A stretch of 64,000 bases of DNA. Source: Bacteroidota bacterium. GTDB lineage: Bacteria > Bacteroidota > Bacteroidia > Bacteroidales > JAIPAH01. The notes under the pieces were generated by a model. That model was not told the DNA's origin, ran no database searches, and saw only the letters and a program-made list of their open reading frames with translations. Below are positions 18,183 to 28,670 of the stretch, piece after piece (the stretch's first letter is position 1; each line of letters begins with the position of its first letter). The DNA lies in NCBI GenBank assembly GCA_051747665.1, contig JBNJGK010000001.1, positions 7,871 through 71,870 on the forward strand, written 5' to 3'. Both the position numbers and the translations under genes were made by a program.

Positions 18183-18306
18183 TTGTTTTCGTTATTATAT
18201 TGCCTTATGGCAAATTATCTTAAAAGCTGTCAATGCCTTCCCGGTGGTCTGGGAAAAATTACAGCCTGAAATTTTCCGCTCAACTTTATAACAACCTGTT
18301 GTGTTG

Positions 18307-21300
18307 TTATTGTCTTCCGTGGCAGTGCTTGTATTTTTTACCGCTGCCACATGGGCACAGTTCATTGCGGCCCACCTTCTTTTCTACTTTAACAGGTTGC
18401 GTAACTTCTTGCTTCTGAGTGTTGCTGTTGGCCTGCGAAAGCATATCAGAACGCTCTTCTTTCAGGTTGTCCAGATTTGTTTCGGGAAGCCTGGCTTCCT
18501 TCAGATCGGCTCCACCTTGCTGTAACGGAAGACGACAACGAATCAGGAACGAAACAATATCTTTATTGATGTTTTGAAGCATCGTTTTAAACAGCTCAAA
18601 AGACTCAAACTTGTATATAAGAAGCGGGTCTTTTTGCTCATAGGTTGCATTCTGAACCGACTGCTTCAGGTCATCCATTTCACGCAGGTGGTCTTTCCAG
18701 GCATTATCTATAGTGCTTAGCGTAATGCTCTTTTCAATAGCCAGCGTAACTTCCCTTCCTTCGTCTTCATAAGCTTTTTTCAGGTTTGCTACGGCCTGGA
18801 TTTCCTTATTGCCGTCGGTGATAGGGATGGCAATATTCTCATAACGGTCTTTTTGAGTTTGATATACGTCTTTGATTACCGGATAGGCTTTCTGGGCAAT
18901 AAGGTTGTTTTTCGCCTTGTAGTTTTCATAGACGGTTTTAAAGATTTGGTCTGCGAGTTTTTCGGGCTTTTCATTCATGAAGTCATCGTATGAGAACGGA
19001 TTCTCGATAGCCAGTGTAGAGAGAGCCTCAATTTCAAACCCTTCAAAATCGCCGTTTTCCTGATGACTTGTGATAATCTGTTCGCATAAGTCATAAACCA
19101 TGTTGGCGATATCAACGGCCAGCCTGTCGCCATATAGGGCATGGTGGCGCTTTGTGTAAATAACTTCACGTTGTGAGTTCATCACGTCATCATATTCGAG
19201 GAGTCTTTTTCTGATACCAAAGTTATTTTCCTCTACTTTTTTCTGGGCTCGTTCTATTGAACGGGATATCATTTTATGCTGAATCACTTCGCCTTCTTCC
19301 AGCCCCATGCGGTCCATGATTTTAGATATCCGCTCCGAACCAAACATACGCATCAGGTCATCTTCCAGAGACACATAGAATTGCGAGGAGCCCGGGTCTC
19401 CTTGTCGTCCGGCTCTACCTCTTAGCTGCCGGTCTACGCGGCGTGACTCATGACGCTCCGTACCCAAAATAGCCAGTCCGCCTGCTTCACGGGTTTCGGG
19501 TGTTAGCTTGATATCCGTACCCCTACCTGCCATGTTGGTGGCGATGGTTACATTCCCCGATTTGCCGGCCTCAGCAATAACATCTGCTTCTTTTTTGTGG
19601 AGTTTGGCATTAAGGACGTTATGTTTAATGTGAAGTCGTGTAAGCATGCGGCTCAGGATTTCTGAGGTTTCCACGGAAGTGGTTCCCACCAGAACAGGAC
19701 GACCGGCCTTTACAAGGCTTTGGGTTTCATCTATAACCGCGTTGAATTTCTCACGTTTGGTTTTGTAGACCATATCTTGCCGGTCATCGCGGATTATGGG
19801 CTTATTAGTTGGGATAACTACCACATCAAGGTTGTAGATGTTTAGAAACTCACCGGCTTCTGTTTCTGCCGTACCAGTCATGCCGGCAATTTTCTTATAC
19901 ATTCTGAAATAGTTCTGCAACGTAATGGTAGCATAGGTTTGTGTAGCAGCTTCTACTTTCACACTCTCCTTTGCTTCCAAAGCCTGGTGCAAGCCGTCAG
20001 AATACCGGCGCCCTTCCATAATACGTCCGGTTTGCTCGTCTACAATTTTTACCTGGTTATCCATGATAACATACTCTACATCTTTTTCAAAGAGAGCGTA
20101 AGCTTTAAGCAATTGGTTGACAGTGTGCACCCTTTCAGCTTTTATGCGATAATTGGTAATGATATCATTTTTCTTTTCCAGGGCTGCGGTTTTATCCAGG
20201 TCTTGCTTTTCCAGATCAGCAATTTCAGAGCCGATATCCGGAAGAATAAAAAACTCAGGGTCATTGGTGATTTCTGTAAGCAGATCAATACCTTTTTCGG
20301 TAAGATCGATGGTATTGTTTTTTTCATCGATGACAAAATAAAGTTCGTCATCAATGATGTGCATATTTTTCCCTTTTTCCTGGAGGTAGAAGTTTTCTGT
20401 TTTTTGCATCAAGGTTCTCATGCCAGGTTCAGAAAGAAACTTGATAAGCGCTTTGTTTTTTGGCAACCCTCTGAAGCAACGGAAAAGCAAAACACCGCCT
20501 TTTTTCTCTTCTTCTGAGCCTTCTTTGGCATTAGCCAGCATTTGCTTGGCTTCGGCAAGGATTTTATTAACCAGCGTGCGCTGAGCGCTGTAAAGCTTTT
20601 GAACCAATGGCTTGAAGGACTCAAACTCCTGGTTATCTCCTTTAGGAGTGGGCCCCGAAATAATCAACGGTGTACGTGCATCATCGATCAGTACAGAGTC
20701 TACCTCATCCACGATAGTGTACTGGTGTTTGCGTTGCACCAATTCGTCCGGGTTTCCTGTCATGTTGTCACGCAGATAATCAAAACCGAATTCGTTGTTG
20801 GTTCCGTATGTAATGTCGGCAAGATAAGCGTTTCTTCTTTCTGTGGAATTGGGTTTGTGTTTATCTATGCAATCAACTGTGAGTCCATGAAATTTAAAGA
20901 GCATCCCCATCCATTCGCTGTCGCGCTTAGCAAGGTAGTCGTTTACAGTAACGATATGAACGCCTTTCCCGGTAAGGGCGTTGAGGTATATCGGGAGTGT
21001 AGCTACTAAGGTTTTTCCTTCGCCGGTAGCCATCTCGGCAATTTTTCCCTGGTGCATGGCTACTCCTCCAATAAGCTGCACGTCATAATGCACCATATCC
21101 CAGGTGATTTCTGCTCCGCCGGCTACCCAGGAGTTTTTAAAGAAGGCTTTATTGTTTTTAATAGTGACATTGTTGGCTTCTGCGGCCATTGTTTTATCGT
21201 ACTCTGATGCAGTAACCTCTATTGTCTCATTTTCTTTAAAGCGACGTGCAGTTTCTTTAATTACTGCAAAAGCTTCGGGAAGGATATCTTTGAGCACGTT

Positions 21301-21600
21301 TTGTCCGGCTTCGTAGCTTTCATCATCGAGTTTATCTATTTGATCGTATAGCTCTTCCTTTTCATCTATTGCTAAATCAGGGTTTTCGGCTTTTTGTTTG
21401 AGCTCTTTTATTTTTTCGTGATAGGTGGCTATGCCTTCAGCAATGCGTTGCTTAAACTCATGGGTTTTATCTCTGAGCTCATCATTGGAAATATCTTTAA
21501 TGTTTTCCCAAGCTTCATTGATTTGGTTAACATATGGATTCAACTCTTTCAGGTCACGCTCTGCTTTGGTGCCGAATAAGTTTTTTAATATAGTTAGCAT
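18307..21600 (-). CDS. secA: Preprotein translocase ATPase SecA
   Basis: 1097 aa with a DEAD-like motor ([28 protein letters not shown]) and the C-terminal zinc motif [14 protein letters not shown]. Confidence 0.97.
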   Translation of the reverse strand: MLTILKNLFGTKAERDLKELNPYVNQINEAWENIKDISNDELRDKTHEFKQRIAEGIATYHEKIKELKQKAENPDLAIDEKEELYDQIDKLDDESYEAGQNVLKDILPEAFAVIKETARRFKENETIEVTASEYDKTMAAEANNVTIKNNKAFFKNSWVAGGAEITWDMVHYDVQLIGGVAMHQGKIAEMATGEGKTLVATLPIYLNALTGKGVHIVTVNDYLAKRDSEWMGMLFKFHGLTVDCIDKHKPNSTERRNAYLADITYGTNNEFGFDYLRDNMTGNPDELVQRKHQYTIVDEVDSVLIDDARTPLIISGPTPKGDNQEFESFKPLVQKLYSAQRTLVNKILAEAKQMLANAKEGSEEEKKGGVLLFRCFRGLPKNKALIKFLSEPGMRTLMQKTENFYLQEKGKNMHIIDDELYFVIDEKNNTIDLTEKGIDLLTEITNDPEFFILPDIGSEIADLEKQDLDKTAALEKKNDIITNYRIKAERVHTVNQLLKAYALFEKDVEYVIMDNQVKIVDEQTGRIMEGRRYSDGLHQALEAKESVKVEAATQTYATITLQNYFRMYKKIAGMTGTAETEAGEFLNIYNLDVVVIPTNKPIIRDDRQDMVYKTKREKFNAVIDETQSLVKAGRPVLVGTTSVETSEILSRMLTRLHIKHNVLNAKLHKKEADVIAEAGKSGNVTIATNMAGRGTDIKLTPETREAGGLAILGTERHESRRVDRQLRGRAGRQGDPGSSQFYVSLEDDLMRMFGSERISKIMDRMGLEEGEVIQHKMISRSIERAQKKVEENNFGIRKRLLEYDDVMNSQREVIYTKRHHALYGDRLAVDIANMVYDLCEQIITSHQENGDFEGFEIEALSTLAIENPFSYDDFMNEKPEKLADQIFKTVYENYKAKNNLIAQKAYPVIKDVYQTQKDRYENIAIPITDGNKEIQAVANLKKAYEDEGREVTLAIEKSITLSTIDNAWKDHLREMDDLKQSVQNATYEQKDPLLIYKFESFELFKTMLQNINKDIVSFLIRCRLPLQQGGADLKEARLPETNLDNLKEERSDMLSQANSNTQKQEVTQPVKVEKKVGRNELCPCGSGKKYKHCHGRQ

Positions 21601-21716
21601 GTGTTTGTTTTTTCTACTGCATCAAAAATGGTGCTACAAATTCTTATGCAAAATTAATTGAATTCATTGACAAAAAACAGATGCCGCAATATTATCTTGC
21701 AGCATGAAACAAACAA

Positions 21717-21742
21717 GCCGCTATCCTGCAAAGGAAAGCGGC
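21717..21742 (-). terminator. Stem-loop after the DUF2795 gene
   Basis: GCCGCT...AGCGGC forms a 6-bp stem with a 14-nt loop. On the minus strand it is followed by TTGTTTGTTTC. Confidence 0.4.
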
Positions 21743-21765
21743 CCGAAAGCTATTTTTTAAAATTT

Positions 21766-21987
21766 TTAATATTCGTCTTCGTGGAAAAAGAAATCTTCCT
21801 TTGTAGGGTAATCAGGCCAAATGTCTTCAATACGTTCATATACTTCTCCTTCATCTTCAAGTTCCCTGAGGTTTTCAACCACTTCCTGTGGCAAGCCCGA
21901 ACGGATGCTGTAATCTATCAGTTCTTCTTTGGTGGCGGGCCAGGGAGCATCTTCCAGTTTTGAAGCTAATTCAAGTGTCCAATACAT
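21766..21987 (-). CDS. DUF2795-type small protein (73 aa)
   Basis: The pattern WPATKEELIDYSIRSGLPQEVVENLREL is typical of the DUF2795 family as I remember it. Confidence 0.6.
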   Translation of the reverse strand: MYWTLELASKLEDAPWPATKEELIDYSIRSGLPQEVVENLRELEDEGEVYERIEDIWPDYPTKEDFFFHEDEY

Positions 21988-22070
21988 AATATTTTACCGC
22001 TTTAATTTTTTGCAAAAATAAACGAAAAATGTACAAATGCAAGTAAAAGCTATGAAAGCAAAAAAAAATG

Positions 22071-22631
22071 TTATGATTTTGGTTTCCAGATAATTTCCTC
22101 TGCATCGAAGTGTTTTCCGAGGTATCTTGCCAACACAAAAAAGTAATCGGAAAGCCGATTCAGGTATTGTATGATGATTTCATCAAGCTGAATATGTTCC
22201 CCGAGCAGGATAGTTGTTCTTTCAGCCCTCCGGCACACTGTGCGTGCAATGTGGCAGTAAGATACAGCAGGATGCCCACCGGGCAGGATGAAGTTTTTTA
22301 TGGTTGGCAGGGTTTCTTCCATGCGGTCAATTTCCTGTTCCATAGCAGAAATATGGTCATCAGTAACTTGAGGCAGGTAACTCATTGCTTCTTCAGTTTC
22401 AGCAGCCAGGTGCGATTCTATAGCAAAAACATCATCCTGAATGGTTTTGAGAAATATTCTTGTTTTCTCATCTTCGCTATAATCTCTTACTAAACCAATG
22501 AAACTGTTTAGTTCATCCAAAGTGCCGTAAGCTTCGATGCGCTCATGAAATTTGGGGACTTTGCTGCCGCCTAATAATGAAGTTTGACCTTTGTCGCCTT
22601 GCTTTGTGTATATTTTCCAGTTGGAACCCAT
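22071..22631 (-). CDS. ATP:cob(I)alamin adenosyltransferase, PduO type
   Basis: N-terminal IYTKQGDKGQTSL, followed by the helical-bundle signature (...HIARTVCRRAER...). Confidence 0.85.
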   Translation of the reverse strand: MGSNWKIYTKQGDKGQTSLLGGSKVPKFHERIEAYGTLDELNSFIGLVRDYSEDEKTRIFLKTIQDDVFAIESHLAAETEEAMSYLPQVTDDHISAMEQEIDRMEETLPTIKNFILPGGHPAVSYCHIARTVCRRAERTTILLGEHIQLDEIIIQYLNRLSDYFFVLARYLGKHFDAEEIIWKPKS

Positions 22632-22716
22632 TCTTAATCAAATTTTATCAATTCAAAATCATTGAGTTAAGAAAACATGGAATAAACGGGATTGTTTGGT
22701 GTTTATCTGACTTTTT

Positions 22717-23427
22717 TTAATAATCAGCAACATGAACAATGTTTTTGTTTAACGAATCCGTTTCTACTTTACCATCGATGAGCCGGATAATACGATGAGC
22801 ATGCAATGCAATATCTTCTTCATGCGTAACCAGAATTATGGTATTGCCGTTTTTGTGTAATGTTTCCAGAAGCGCCATAATTTCAATCGATGTTTTCGAG
22901 TCAAGGTTCCCCGTAGGCTCATCTGCCAGCAAAATGGAGGGCGAGTTAACCAACGCCCGTGCGGCGGCAACGCGCTGACGCTGTCCTCCGGAAAGTTCAT
23001 TAGGCTTGTGGAGCATGCGGTCTTCCAGGTCAACTTGTTTGAGCACTTCGCGGGCACGCAGTTCTCGCTGTTTTTTGCTTATCCCGGCATATATCTGAGG
23101 CAGCGAAACATTCTCAAGGGCGGTGGCGCGCGGGAGTAAATTGAAAGTTTGAAAAATAAATCCGATTTCCTTGTTACGGATATCTGCCAGTTGATTATCA
23201 TTTAACCCGCTTACATCTTTCTGATTAAGGAAATATTTGCCTGAGGTAGGTGTGTCAAGGCATCCGATCAGGTTCATCAAAGTTGACTTCCCAGACCCGG
23301 AAGGCCCCATCAGTGCCACAAATTCATTTTTCTTTACAGTTATGGAAATGCCCCTGAGAGCTTTAACCAAGACTGACCCAACCTGATAGTGTCTTGTAAT
23401 GTTTTCTAATCGGATAACCTCTTCCAT
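22717..23427 (-). CDS. ABC transporter ATP-binding protein (MacB/LolD-like subfamily)
   Basis: Walker [10 protein letters not shown], signature [15 protein letters not shown] and Walker [12 protein letters not shown]. No adjacent permease gene. Confidence 0.9.
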   Translation of the reverse strand: MEEVIRLENITRHYQVGSVLVKALRGISITVKKNEFVALMGPSGSGKSTLMNLIGCLDTPTSGKYFLNQKDVSGLNDNQLADIRNKEIGFIFQTFNLLPRATALENVSLPQIYAGISKKQRELRAREVLKQVDLEDRMLHKPNELSGGQRQRVAAARALVNSPSILLADEPTGNLDSKTSIEIMALLETLHKNGNTIILVTHEEDIALHAHRIIRLIDGKVETDSLNKNIVHVADY

Positions 23428-23457
23428 AAATCATGTTTAACCTGCGCACAAATGTAA

Positions 23458-24252
23458 TTAATATCTGATAATAAGGTTTTGTTTTGAAATACCTTTTTTA
23501 AAGAAGACAATGCCGAGCTGGAAGAAGTCGAGACTCAAAGTAACATCTTTATCATGAATAATGTGCCTCCAGGCTTTGTGCATTTCTTTTGACCAATGGA
23601 TATCATCAAAAACAAAAACAGTATTGTCGTGGGCATAAGGTTTGCTTTTTCTAAAATATTCCATTGTTGGATTGTATTTATGATGCCCGTCGTAGAAAAT
23701 CAAATCAACGGAAGGCATCTCTTGCAGCGCTTGCGGCAAAAGCGAATCAAAACCTCCGACATACACTTTTACATTCTCGGCTCCGCCTTTTTTTATGTAG
23801 CTTTTAGCTACATGAGCTGTTTCTGCACACCCTTCCATTGTAATGATATTGGCTTTTTTGTTTGCCAAAGAGAGGTACAAAGTGCTAATGCCTAAAGATG
23901 TGCCCATCTCAAGTATGTTTTCGGGCTTAAAATAGTTAACCAGATGATAAAGCAATTTCCCGTATTTATGAGAAATGCCTGACCTGGCAGCGATATCAGC
24001 TACTTTTTTAAAAGTTCTTATATAATCTTTGCCGTTTGCGCTGGCACCCATATCGGTGTGCTCAATAATGTTGTTGTTATTGGCGGCTTTGCGTTTTATA
24101 GAAAAGATGGCTCTTTTATGATCAGGGGGCATCTCCTGGCTTTTTAAATGCTGAACCAAATCATAAGCAAAAGGCGGATGGATGGTCTTGATTGATTTAG
24201 CAAAAAGCTGATATTTTAGAAACTCATATGTTTGAAAAACTTCTTTTTTCAT
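23458..24252 (-). CDS. Class I SAM-dependent methyltransferase (O-methyltransferase family-3-like core with an N-terminal extension)
   Basis: Motif I-like ILEMGTSLGISTLYL and post-I/II DLIFYDGHH...VFDDIHW. Confidence 0.7.
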   Translation of the reverse strand: MKKEVFQTYEFLKYQLFAKSIKTIHPPFAYDLVQHLKSQEMPPDHKRAIFSIKRKAANNNNIIEHTDMGASANGKDYIRTFKKVADIAARSGISHKYGKLLYHLVNYFKPENILEMGTSLGISTLYLSLANKKANIITMEGCAETAHVAKSYIKKGGAENVKVYVGGFDSLLPQALQEMPSVDLIFYDGHHKYNPTMEYFRKSKPYAHDNTVFVFDDIHWSKEMHKAWRHIIHDKDVTLSLDFFQLGIVFFKKGISKQNLIIRY

Positions 24253-24436
24253 ATGCTTATTATTTCTTACACTGCTTTGATTTGATACGCGTTTGAATCA
24301 TTTTCACTGTATTTGTATAATCTGTACTTTTATTATTTGAAATGAGGCAAAAACGACCTGTTTCATTTCATCGGTTTTTGAGGTTTTGCGAGATTGTAAT
24401 CTTCTGCATTCGCAAAGTTAATGTTTTCTTAAAAAT

Positions 24437-24464
24437 TTGTTAATGTTTTTGTGTGATATATTTA
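24437..24464 (+). promoter_or_regulatory. Promoter-like TTG-N17-TATATTTA immediately upstream of repeat copy B
   Basis: TTG at 24437..24439, a 17-nt spacer, then TATATTTA at 24457..24464. That is one mismatch (last G to A) from TAnnTTTG. No annotated + strand gene lies downstream. Confidence 0.3.
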
Positions 24465-24591
24465 TGAGTTCAGTTTAATAAGTTCATAAGTTTTTGGTTT
24501 ATAAGTTAATAAATTGAGCTTCAATAACATAAATAGAAAATGTGGCTTTTATAATATTCAGATAATCAATGTATTATGCCATTTATTAAAA
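24464..24591 (+). repeat. Copy B of the ~125-nt AT-rich intergenic element (inverted relative to copy A at 4722..4843)
   Basis: See copy A. There is a 22-nt exact block plus ~100 nt at about 80% identity. It lies in the largest non-coding gap of the window (24253..24759). Confidence 0.8.
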
Positions 24592-24759
24592 TATTTAGTG
24601 CTTCTTATACCAATCTCATTAATGGTTTATAAATTTTTTTTATGTTCAGTAAATCAACTAAATACGATAATATCGTTTTTAGATGGAGTTCATACAGGCT
24701 TTCGCTTCAGTGATTTATCATTTGAAATATATTTTCTATTGAAAATAACTTGAGCTGAA

Positions 24760-25125
24760 TTAATCAAAACCCACATAACGGAAAAAATAGTAAAGCTTAT
24801 GCTCGATTTCCAACCCGTAATCAACACTCGGATCATAATTAATTTCCTGGTCAAAACCCTGCACGCCTCTTCTTACTTTGTTGTTCCATTCAATAACATA
24901 CCTGATATTCTTGTTTTTATAGTAACTTTTTTCATGATACCAGGCAGGCTTACTGTTTAGCGCAAACCAGGTTTCAAAGCCGGCATCAAAAACCAGCATC
25001 TTGTACTCTGTGGAGTCAGTTTCTGCGATTTTCGGTGTTTTTTCTGGTTTCCCTGCTTTTTCCGGAGTGTGACATGCGGTTAGCCCCAAAAAAGCGGCCA
25101 AAATGGCAATTAATATCGTTTTCAT
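24760..25125 (-). CDS. Small lipoprotein, DUF6146-like
   Basis: Lipobox LGLTA-C. The core EYKMLVFDAGFETWF...IEWNNKV...YDPSVDYGLEIEHKLYYFFRY matches my memory of the Bacteroidetes DUF6146 family. Confidence 0.55.
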   Translation of the reverse strand: MKTILIAILAAFLGLTACHTPEKAGKPEKTPKIAETDSTEYKMLVFDAGFETWFALNSKPAWYHEKSYYKNKNIRYVIEWNNKVRRGVQGFDQEINYDPSVDYGLEIEHKLYYFFRYVGFD

Positions 25126-25176
25126 GTTTAAAGTGTTTTGCAGTTGAAATTCCTCATTATCTTATAACTACAAACA

Positions 25177-26715
25177 TCATGCCCCCCAGGTTTCTCTGTC
25201 GAGGCTTCTATAGTGTATGGCTTCGGCCAGATGCTCCGTTTTTATTTCCTCACTTTGGGCCAGGTCGGAAATGGTGCGGGCCACTTTTAATATACGGTCG
25301 TATGCCCTGGCAGATAAGCTAAGTTTTTCCATAGCGTTTTTCAGTAAGGTATGACCAGCCTGGTCTATGCGGCAAACCTCACGCAATTGCCTGGAACCCA
25401 TATGCGCATTGGCATGGATTTCTTTTTTGCTTTTGAAGCGGTCTTCCTGAATCTGACGGGCTCCGATTACACGGTTTCGAATTTTCTCACTGGTTTCACC
25501 GTTCGATTCTTCTGTTAGCTTTTCAAAAGGCACAGGAACAACCTCAACATGAAGATCAATACGATCAAGCAAAGGTCCTGAAATCTTATTGAGGTATTTT
25601 TGCACTTGTCCAGGTGCGCAAACGCAATCCATCTCCGGATGATTGTAATAACCACACGGGCAAGGGTTCATAGCTGCAACCAGCATGAAATTACTCGGGT
25701 AAGTTACGGTAAACTTTGCCCTGGAGATACTTACCACGCGTTCTTCAATGGGTTGCCTGAGTACTTCTAAGACAGCTCTTTTAAATTCCGGCAATTCATC
25801 CATAAACAACACTCCATTGTGAGCATATGAGATTTCGCCGGGTTGGGGATTGCTGCCGCCACCCACGAGGGCAACATCACTAATAGTATGATGCGGATCG
25901 CGAAACGGACGAACGGAAACCAACGCTTTGTTTTCTTTTGCTAAACCGGCTACAGAGTGTATTTTGGTGGTTTCGAGAGCTTCGTAAAGGTTAAGCGGTG
26001 GCAGGATTGAGGGCAGCCGTTTTGCCAGCATGGTTTTACCGGAGCCTGGCGGACCTATGAGAATGGCATTATGACCACCGGCAGCGGCAATTTCCAAAGC
26101 GCGTTTAATGTTTTCCTGTCCTTTTACATCAGCAAAATCAAACTCATAATCGTTTAAGGAAGCCTGAAATTCTTCACGGGTATTGACGATGGTTTTTTCC
26201 AGTTGACTTTCGCCAGTAAAAAAGTCTATCACTTCCTGCAGGTTCGAAACGCCATAAACGTCCAGATTATTAACTATGGCTGCTTCCGCCGCATTCTCCT
26301 GTGGCAGGATGAATCCTTTAAATCCTTTTTCGCGGGCTTCTATAGCAATTGACAACGCTCCGCGGATAGGTTTTACTGAGCCATCGAGCGAAATCTCTCC
26401 CATAATCAAATATTGCTCCAGGTTTTGAGCCTTAATCTGCTCAGAAGCTGCCAGAATTCCTGTGGCCAGGGCCAGGTCATAGGCAGAGCCTTCTTTCCTG
26501 ATATCTGCCGGCGCCATATTAATGACGATTTTCTTTCCGGGCAGTTTGTATCCGATGTTTTTCAGTGCAGCTTCGATGCGTTGCTGGCTTTCTTTTACAG
26601 CGCTGTCAGGCAATCCCACTAAAAGAAAGTTAATGCCTTTATCAACATTAACTTCAATTGTGATAATGATGGCATTGATACCTAACAATGCACTGCCGTA
26701 GGTTTTTACTAGCAT
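25177..26715 (-). CDS. YifB/ComM family Mg-chelatase-like AAA+ ATPase
   Basis: N-terminal Lon-protease-like domain, Walker A GPPGSGKTMLA and a ChlI-type core. Length is 512 aa. Confidence 0.9.
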   Translation of the reverse strand: MLVKTYGSALLGINAIIITIEVNVDKGINFLLVGLPDSAVKESQQRIEAALKNIGYKLPGKKIVINMAPADIRKEGSAYDLALATGILAASEQIKAQNLEQYLIMGEISLDGSVKPIRGALSIAIEAREKGFKGFILPQENAAEAAIVNNLDVYGVSNLQEVIDFFTGESQLEKTIVNTREEFQASLNDYEFDFADVKGQENIKRALEIAAAGGHNAILIGPPGSGKTMLAKRLPSILPPLNLYEALETTKIHSVAGLAKENKALVSVRPFRDPHHTISDVALVGGGSNPQPGEISYAHNGVLFMDELPEFKRAVLEVLRQPIEERVVSISRAKFTVTYPSNFMLVAAMNPCPCGYYNHPEMDCVCAPGQVQKYLNKISGPLLDRIDLHVEVVPVPFEKLTEESNGETSEKIRNRVIGARQIQEDRFKSKKEIHANAHMGSRQLREVCRIDQAGHTLLKNAMEKLSLSARAYDRILKVARTISDLAQSEEIKTEHLAEAIHYRSLDRETWGA

Positions 26716-26767
26716 AATAAAGAGGTTTTTTCTTACTTCAATAAAAGTACAAATAAAAAATGAAATA

Positions 26768-27766
26768 TCAGGGCTTATAGCCTGATTTTTCCAGAATCAT
26801 TTGTGCATCATTAATGGCCATCATCTCTTTTAATGATACATCAGGGTTGTTTTCCATAAATTCTCTTATGATTTGCCAGCCTATCCAATGCCCTATGCGC
26901 GGGGGTGATTCTTTTCCGAATTCTGAGGTAAAAGGGCCCTCTGAAAGCAGTTTCTGATATTTACTATGGCGACCTGAAAAAAGGAGTTCGTTTTCTATAA
27001 TGAAAGCCCAGAGCTGCTTTTCGCTTTTTTTACACCATGCGAGTTGCTCAGGACTGTATTTAATCTTCAGGCTATCATGCGTCTGGGGCAGGAGTGCATC
27101 AGCAAAATAGTGTTTTTTTCCATGATGAATGATTTGATCAATAAGTTTTCCGCGAGATGTTTGAGATGGAAGGTAATGTTCAGCCAATGCCTTGGAAATA
27201 TCTACTGCAAGGTAAGGTTTTTCCATACGCTTTCGCTGATAAGCAGGGATTCCTGCTTCTTGATAAGGTTTAAAATCACTGCCAAGATACATGTCAAGGG
27301 CAATGATCAGCACATTATCTGCATACTCAACAGGGGTTTCATATGCAATACCCGAAACATAGGTGTAAACCTGCGGAATGGCTTTTTCAGGGAAATAATG
27401 CCTGAAATAACTGAATAAACTTGTTAGTTCCTGATACAACCATTCATTGTCAGGATATACTTCTTTTGTTTTTTCATAAAGCTCTATAATCAAAGGGTCG
27501 GTAACGTAATCATACAGTCTTTTAAATTGCTGTTCAGAAATGGCTTCATCACCTAAAAAATAAGAATAATGGTTTTGTAATTCCGGAAGCTGTTCTTCAA
27601 GTTTGCCCGGAGGTATCGTGAATAAATCTTGTTCATAGCGTTTCATGCTGACTTCCAACTGATCTTCTTTCTCAGGGCTTACTTTTTCATAACGGGGTTT
27701 TTTATGACCGCAGGATGCAAGTAAGATTATGCCCAGCAACATTATAATTCCGGTTTTAAGGTACAT
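26768..27766 (-). CDS. gldB: Gliding-motility lipoprotein GldB-like
   Basis: Lipobox LLAS-C, a size of ~330 aa and a conserved C-terminus (...IGHWIGWQIIREFMENNP...ILEKSGYKP) as remembered for GldB. nadE lies nearby, as in other Bacteroidetes. Confidence 0.55.
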   Translation of the reverse strand: MYLKTGIIMLLGIILLASCGHKKPRYEKVSPEKEDQLEVSMKRYEQDLFTIPPGKLEEQLPELQNHYSYFLGDEAISEQQFKRLYDYVTDPLIIELYEKTKEVYPDNEWLYQELTSLFSYFRHYFPEKAIPQVYTYVSGIAYETPVEYADNVLIIALDMYLGSDFKPYQEAGIPAYQRKRMEKPYLAVDISKALAEHYLPSQTSRGKLIDQIIHHGKKHYFADALLPQTHDSLKIKYSPEQLAWCKKSEKQLWAFIIENELLFSGRHSKYQKLLSEGPFTSEFGKESPPRIGHWIGWQIIREFMENNPDVSLKEMMAINDAQMILEKSGYKP

Positions 27767-27880
27767 AGCGGTGAATCGTTTTTTCTGCTTGTTTTTGATA
27801 TTGTTGGATTTTGAAACCTCTTGGATACAGACTGTACTATCAGTATTTTTAACGGAAAGGTGGCTTGTTTAGTATAAAAA

Positions 27881-27901
27881 AAGGGCTTGATGTAAGCCCT
27901 T
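27881..27901 (-). terminator. Rho-independent terminator of the beta-barrel gene
   Basis: AAGGGCTT-GATGT-AAGCCCTT forms a perfect 8-bp stem. The A7 run on the + strand gives a T-run on the minus strand. Confidence 0.75.
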
Positions 27902-27936
27902 TAAATTGAATCTATTTTTTCAGGATTTTTATTTAT

Positions 27937-28542
27937 TTAAAATATTTTCCAACCGAGTGTTACTAAAAAGGTGTTGTTTTTAATATCATCCATGTTGAAA
28001 GAATCTGAAGCTTCTCCATCAAACATATTGCTTAATCCAAATTCATATCTGATGTCCAGAGTAAAACTTAATACATCAGCACCCACACCTGCTTGAAACC
28101 CCCAGTTGGCATCTTTAATATCATTACCTTTTAATTCATCATCAAGGTCTGCGACATTATCAACATCTTTATTTATCACGAATGAACCTACTGGACCACC
28201 CATTGCCCGGATATTGGCCAGCTTCAAATCAATTAATTTAAAGCCGACAAGAACGGGAATATCAATGGTATTCAATTTTACATCTTGTTTCACCCCGTCC
28301 TGTAGTGAGTAACCGAGTTTTGTTCCTTTGGTCATGTAAAGGAGTTCAGGCTGTAGATACGTTTTGGTTCCTAAACGTGCAAAAGCACCAAAATGAAGGG
28401 TGTTCTTAAAGTCTTCATTTACATCTTCAGCATTTGTAGAGAGCTTTGAAGCCGTATAACCGATTTTTGGTCCGAAACTGAGTTGCGCCATCACAAAAGA
28501 CACACTCAATATTAGCGCGAGACTTAAAATTCCTTTTTTCAT
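27937..28542 (-). CDS. Small outer-membrane beta-barrel protein (OmpW/porin-like, PorT-type family)
   Basis: Signal peptide, alternating amphipathic beta-strand pattern and a C-terminal beta-signal ending in ...LGWKIF. Confidence 0.65.
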   Translation of the reverse strand: MKKGILSLALILSVSFVMAQLSFGPKIGYTASKLSTNAEDVNEDFKNTLHFGAFARLGTKTYLQPELLYMTKGTKLGYSLQDGVKQDVKLNTIDIPVLVGFKLIDLKLANIRAMGGPVGSFVINKDVDNVADLDDELKGNDIKDANWGFQAGVGADVLSFTLDIRYEFGLSNMFDGEASDSFNMDDIKNNTFLVTLGWKIF

Positions 28543-28603
28543 AGTTATTTATTTTAATTGTTTCAAAACAAAGATATAGAAATAGTAGTTGTAGCAAATA
28601 CAT

Positions 28604-28635
28604 AATACAATTTTCTTTTCATAAAAAATTGTATT
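28604..28635. promoter_or_regulatory. 11-bp inverted repeat AATACAATTTT-N10-AAAATTGTATT in a divergent promoter spacer
   Basis: Perfect complementarity read directly from the sequence. It lies between the divergently transcribed genes starting at 28542 (-) and 28671 (+). Confidence 0.35.
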
Positions 28636-28670
28636 AATTTAGAACGCATTAAATAAAAAACTATTTTGCC

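Noticed and set aside
19939-20517. Long antisense ORFs inside genuine genes: 192 aa here opposite secA, and also 1951..2406, 3292..3753, 20542..21009, 39357..39893, 46033..46563 and 55024..55464
   Set aside because: All lie fully within strongly supported genes on the other strand. They have low-complexity, Phe/Ile/Leu/Lys-rich translations and no recognisable motifs or promoter boxes. They are typical shadow ORFs of AT-rich coding sequence.
24514-24753. A 79-aa TTG-initiated ORF in the large AT-rich gap, with a hydrophobic stretch that could pass for a TM helix
   Set aside because: It has a non-ATG start and no -7 box in a suitable position. Its composition is what random translation of ~28% GC DNA gives. 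It begins inside the repeat element, and copy A does not preserve that frame.
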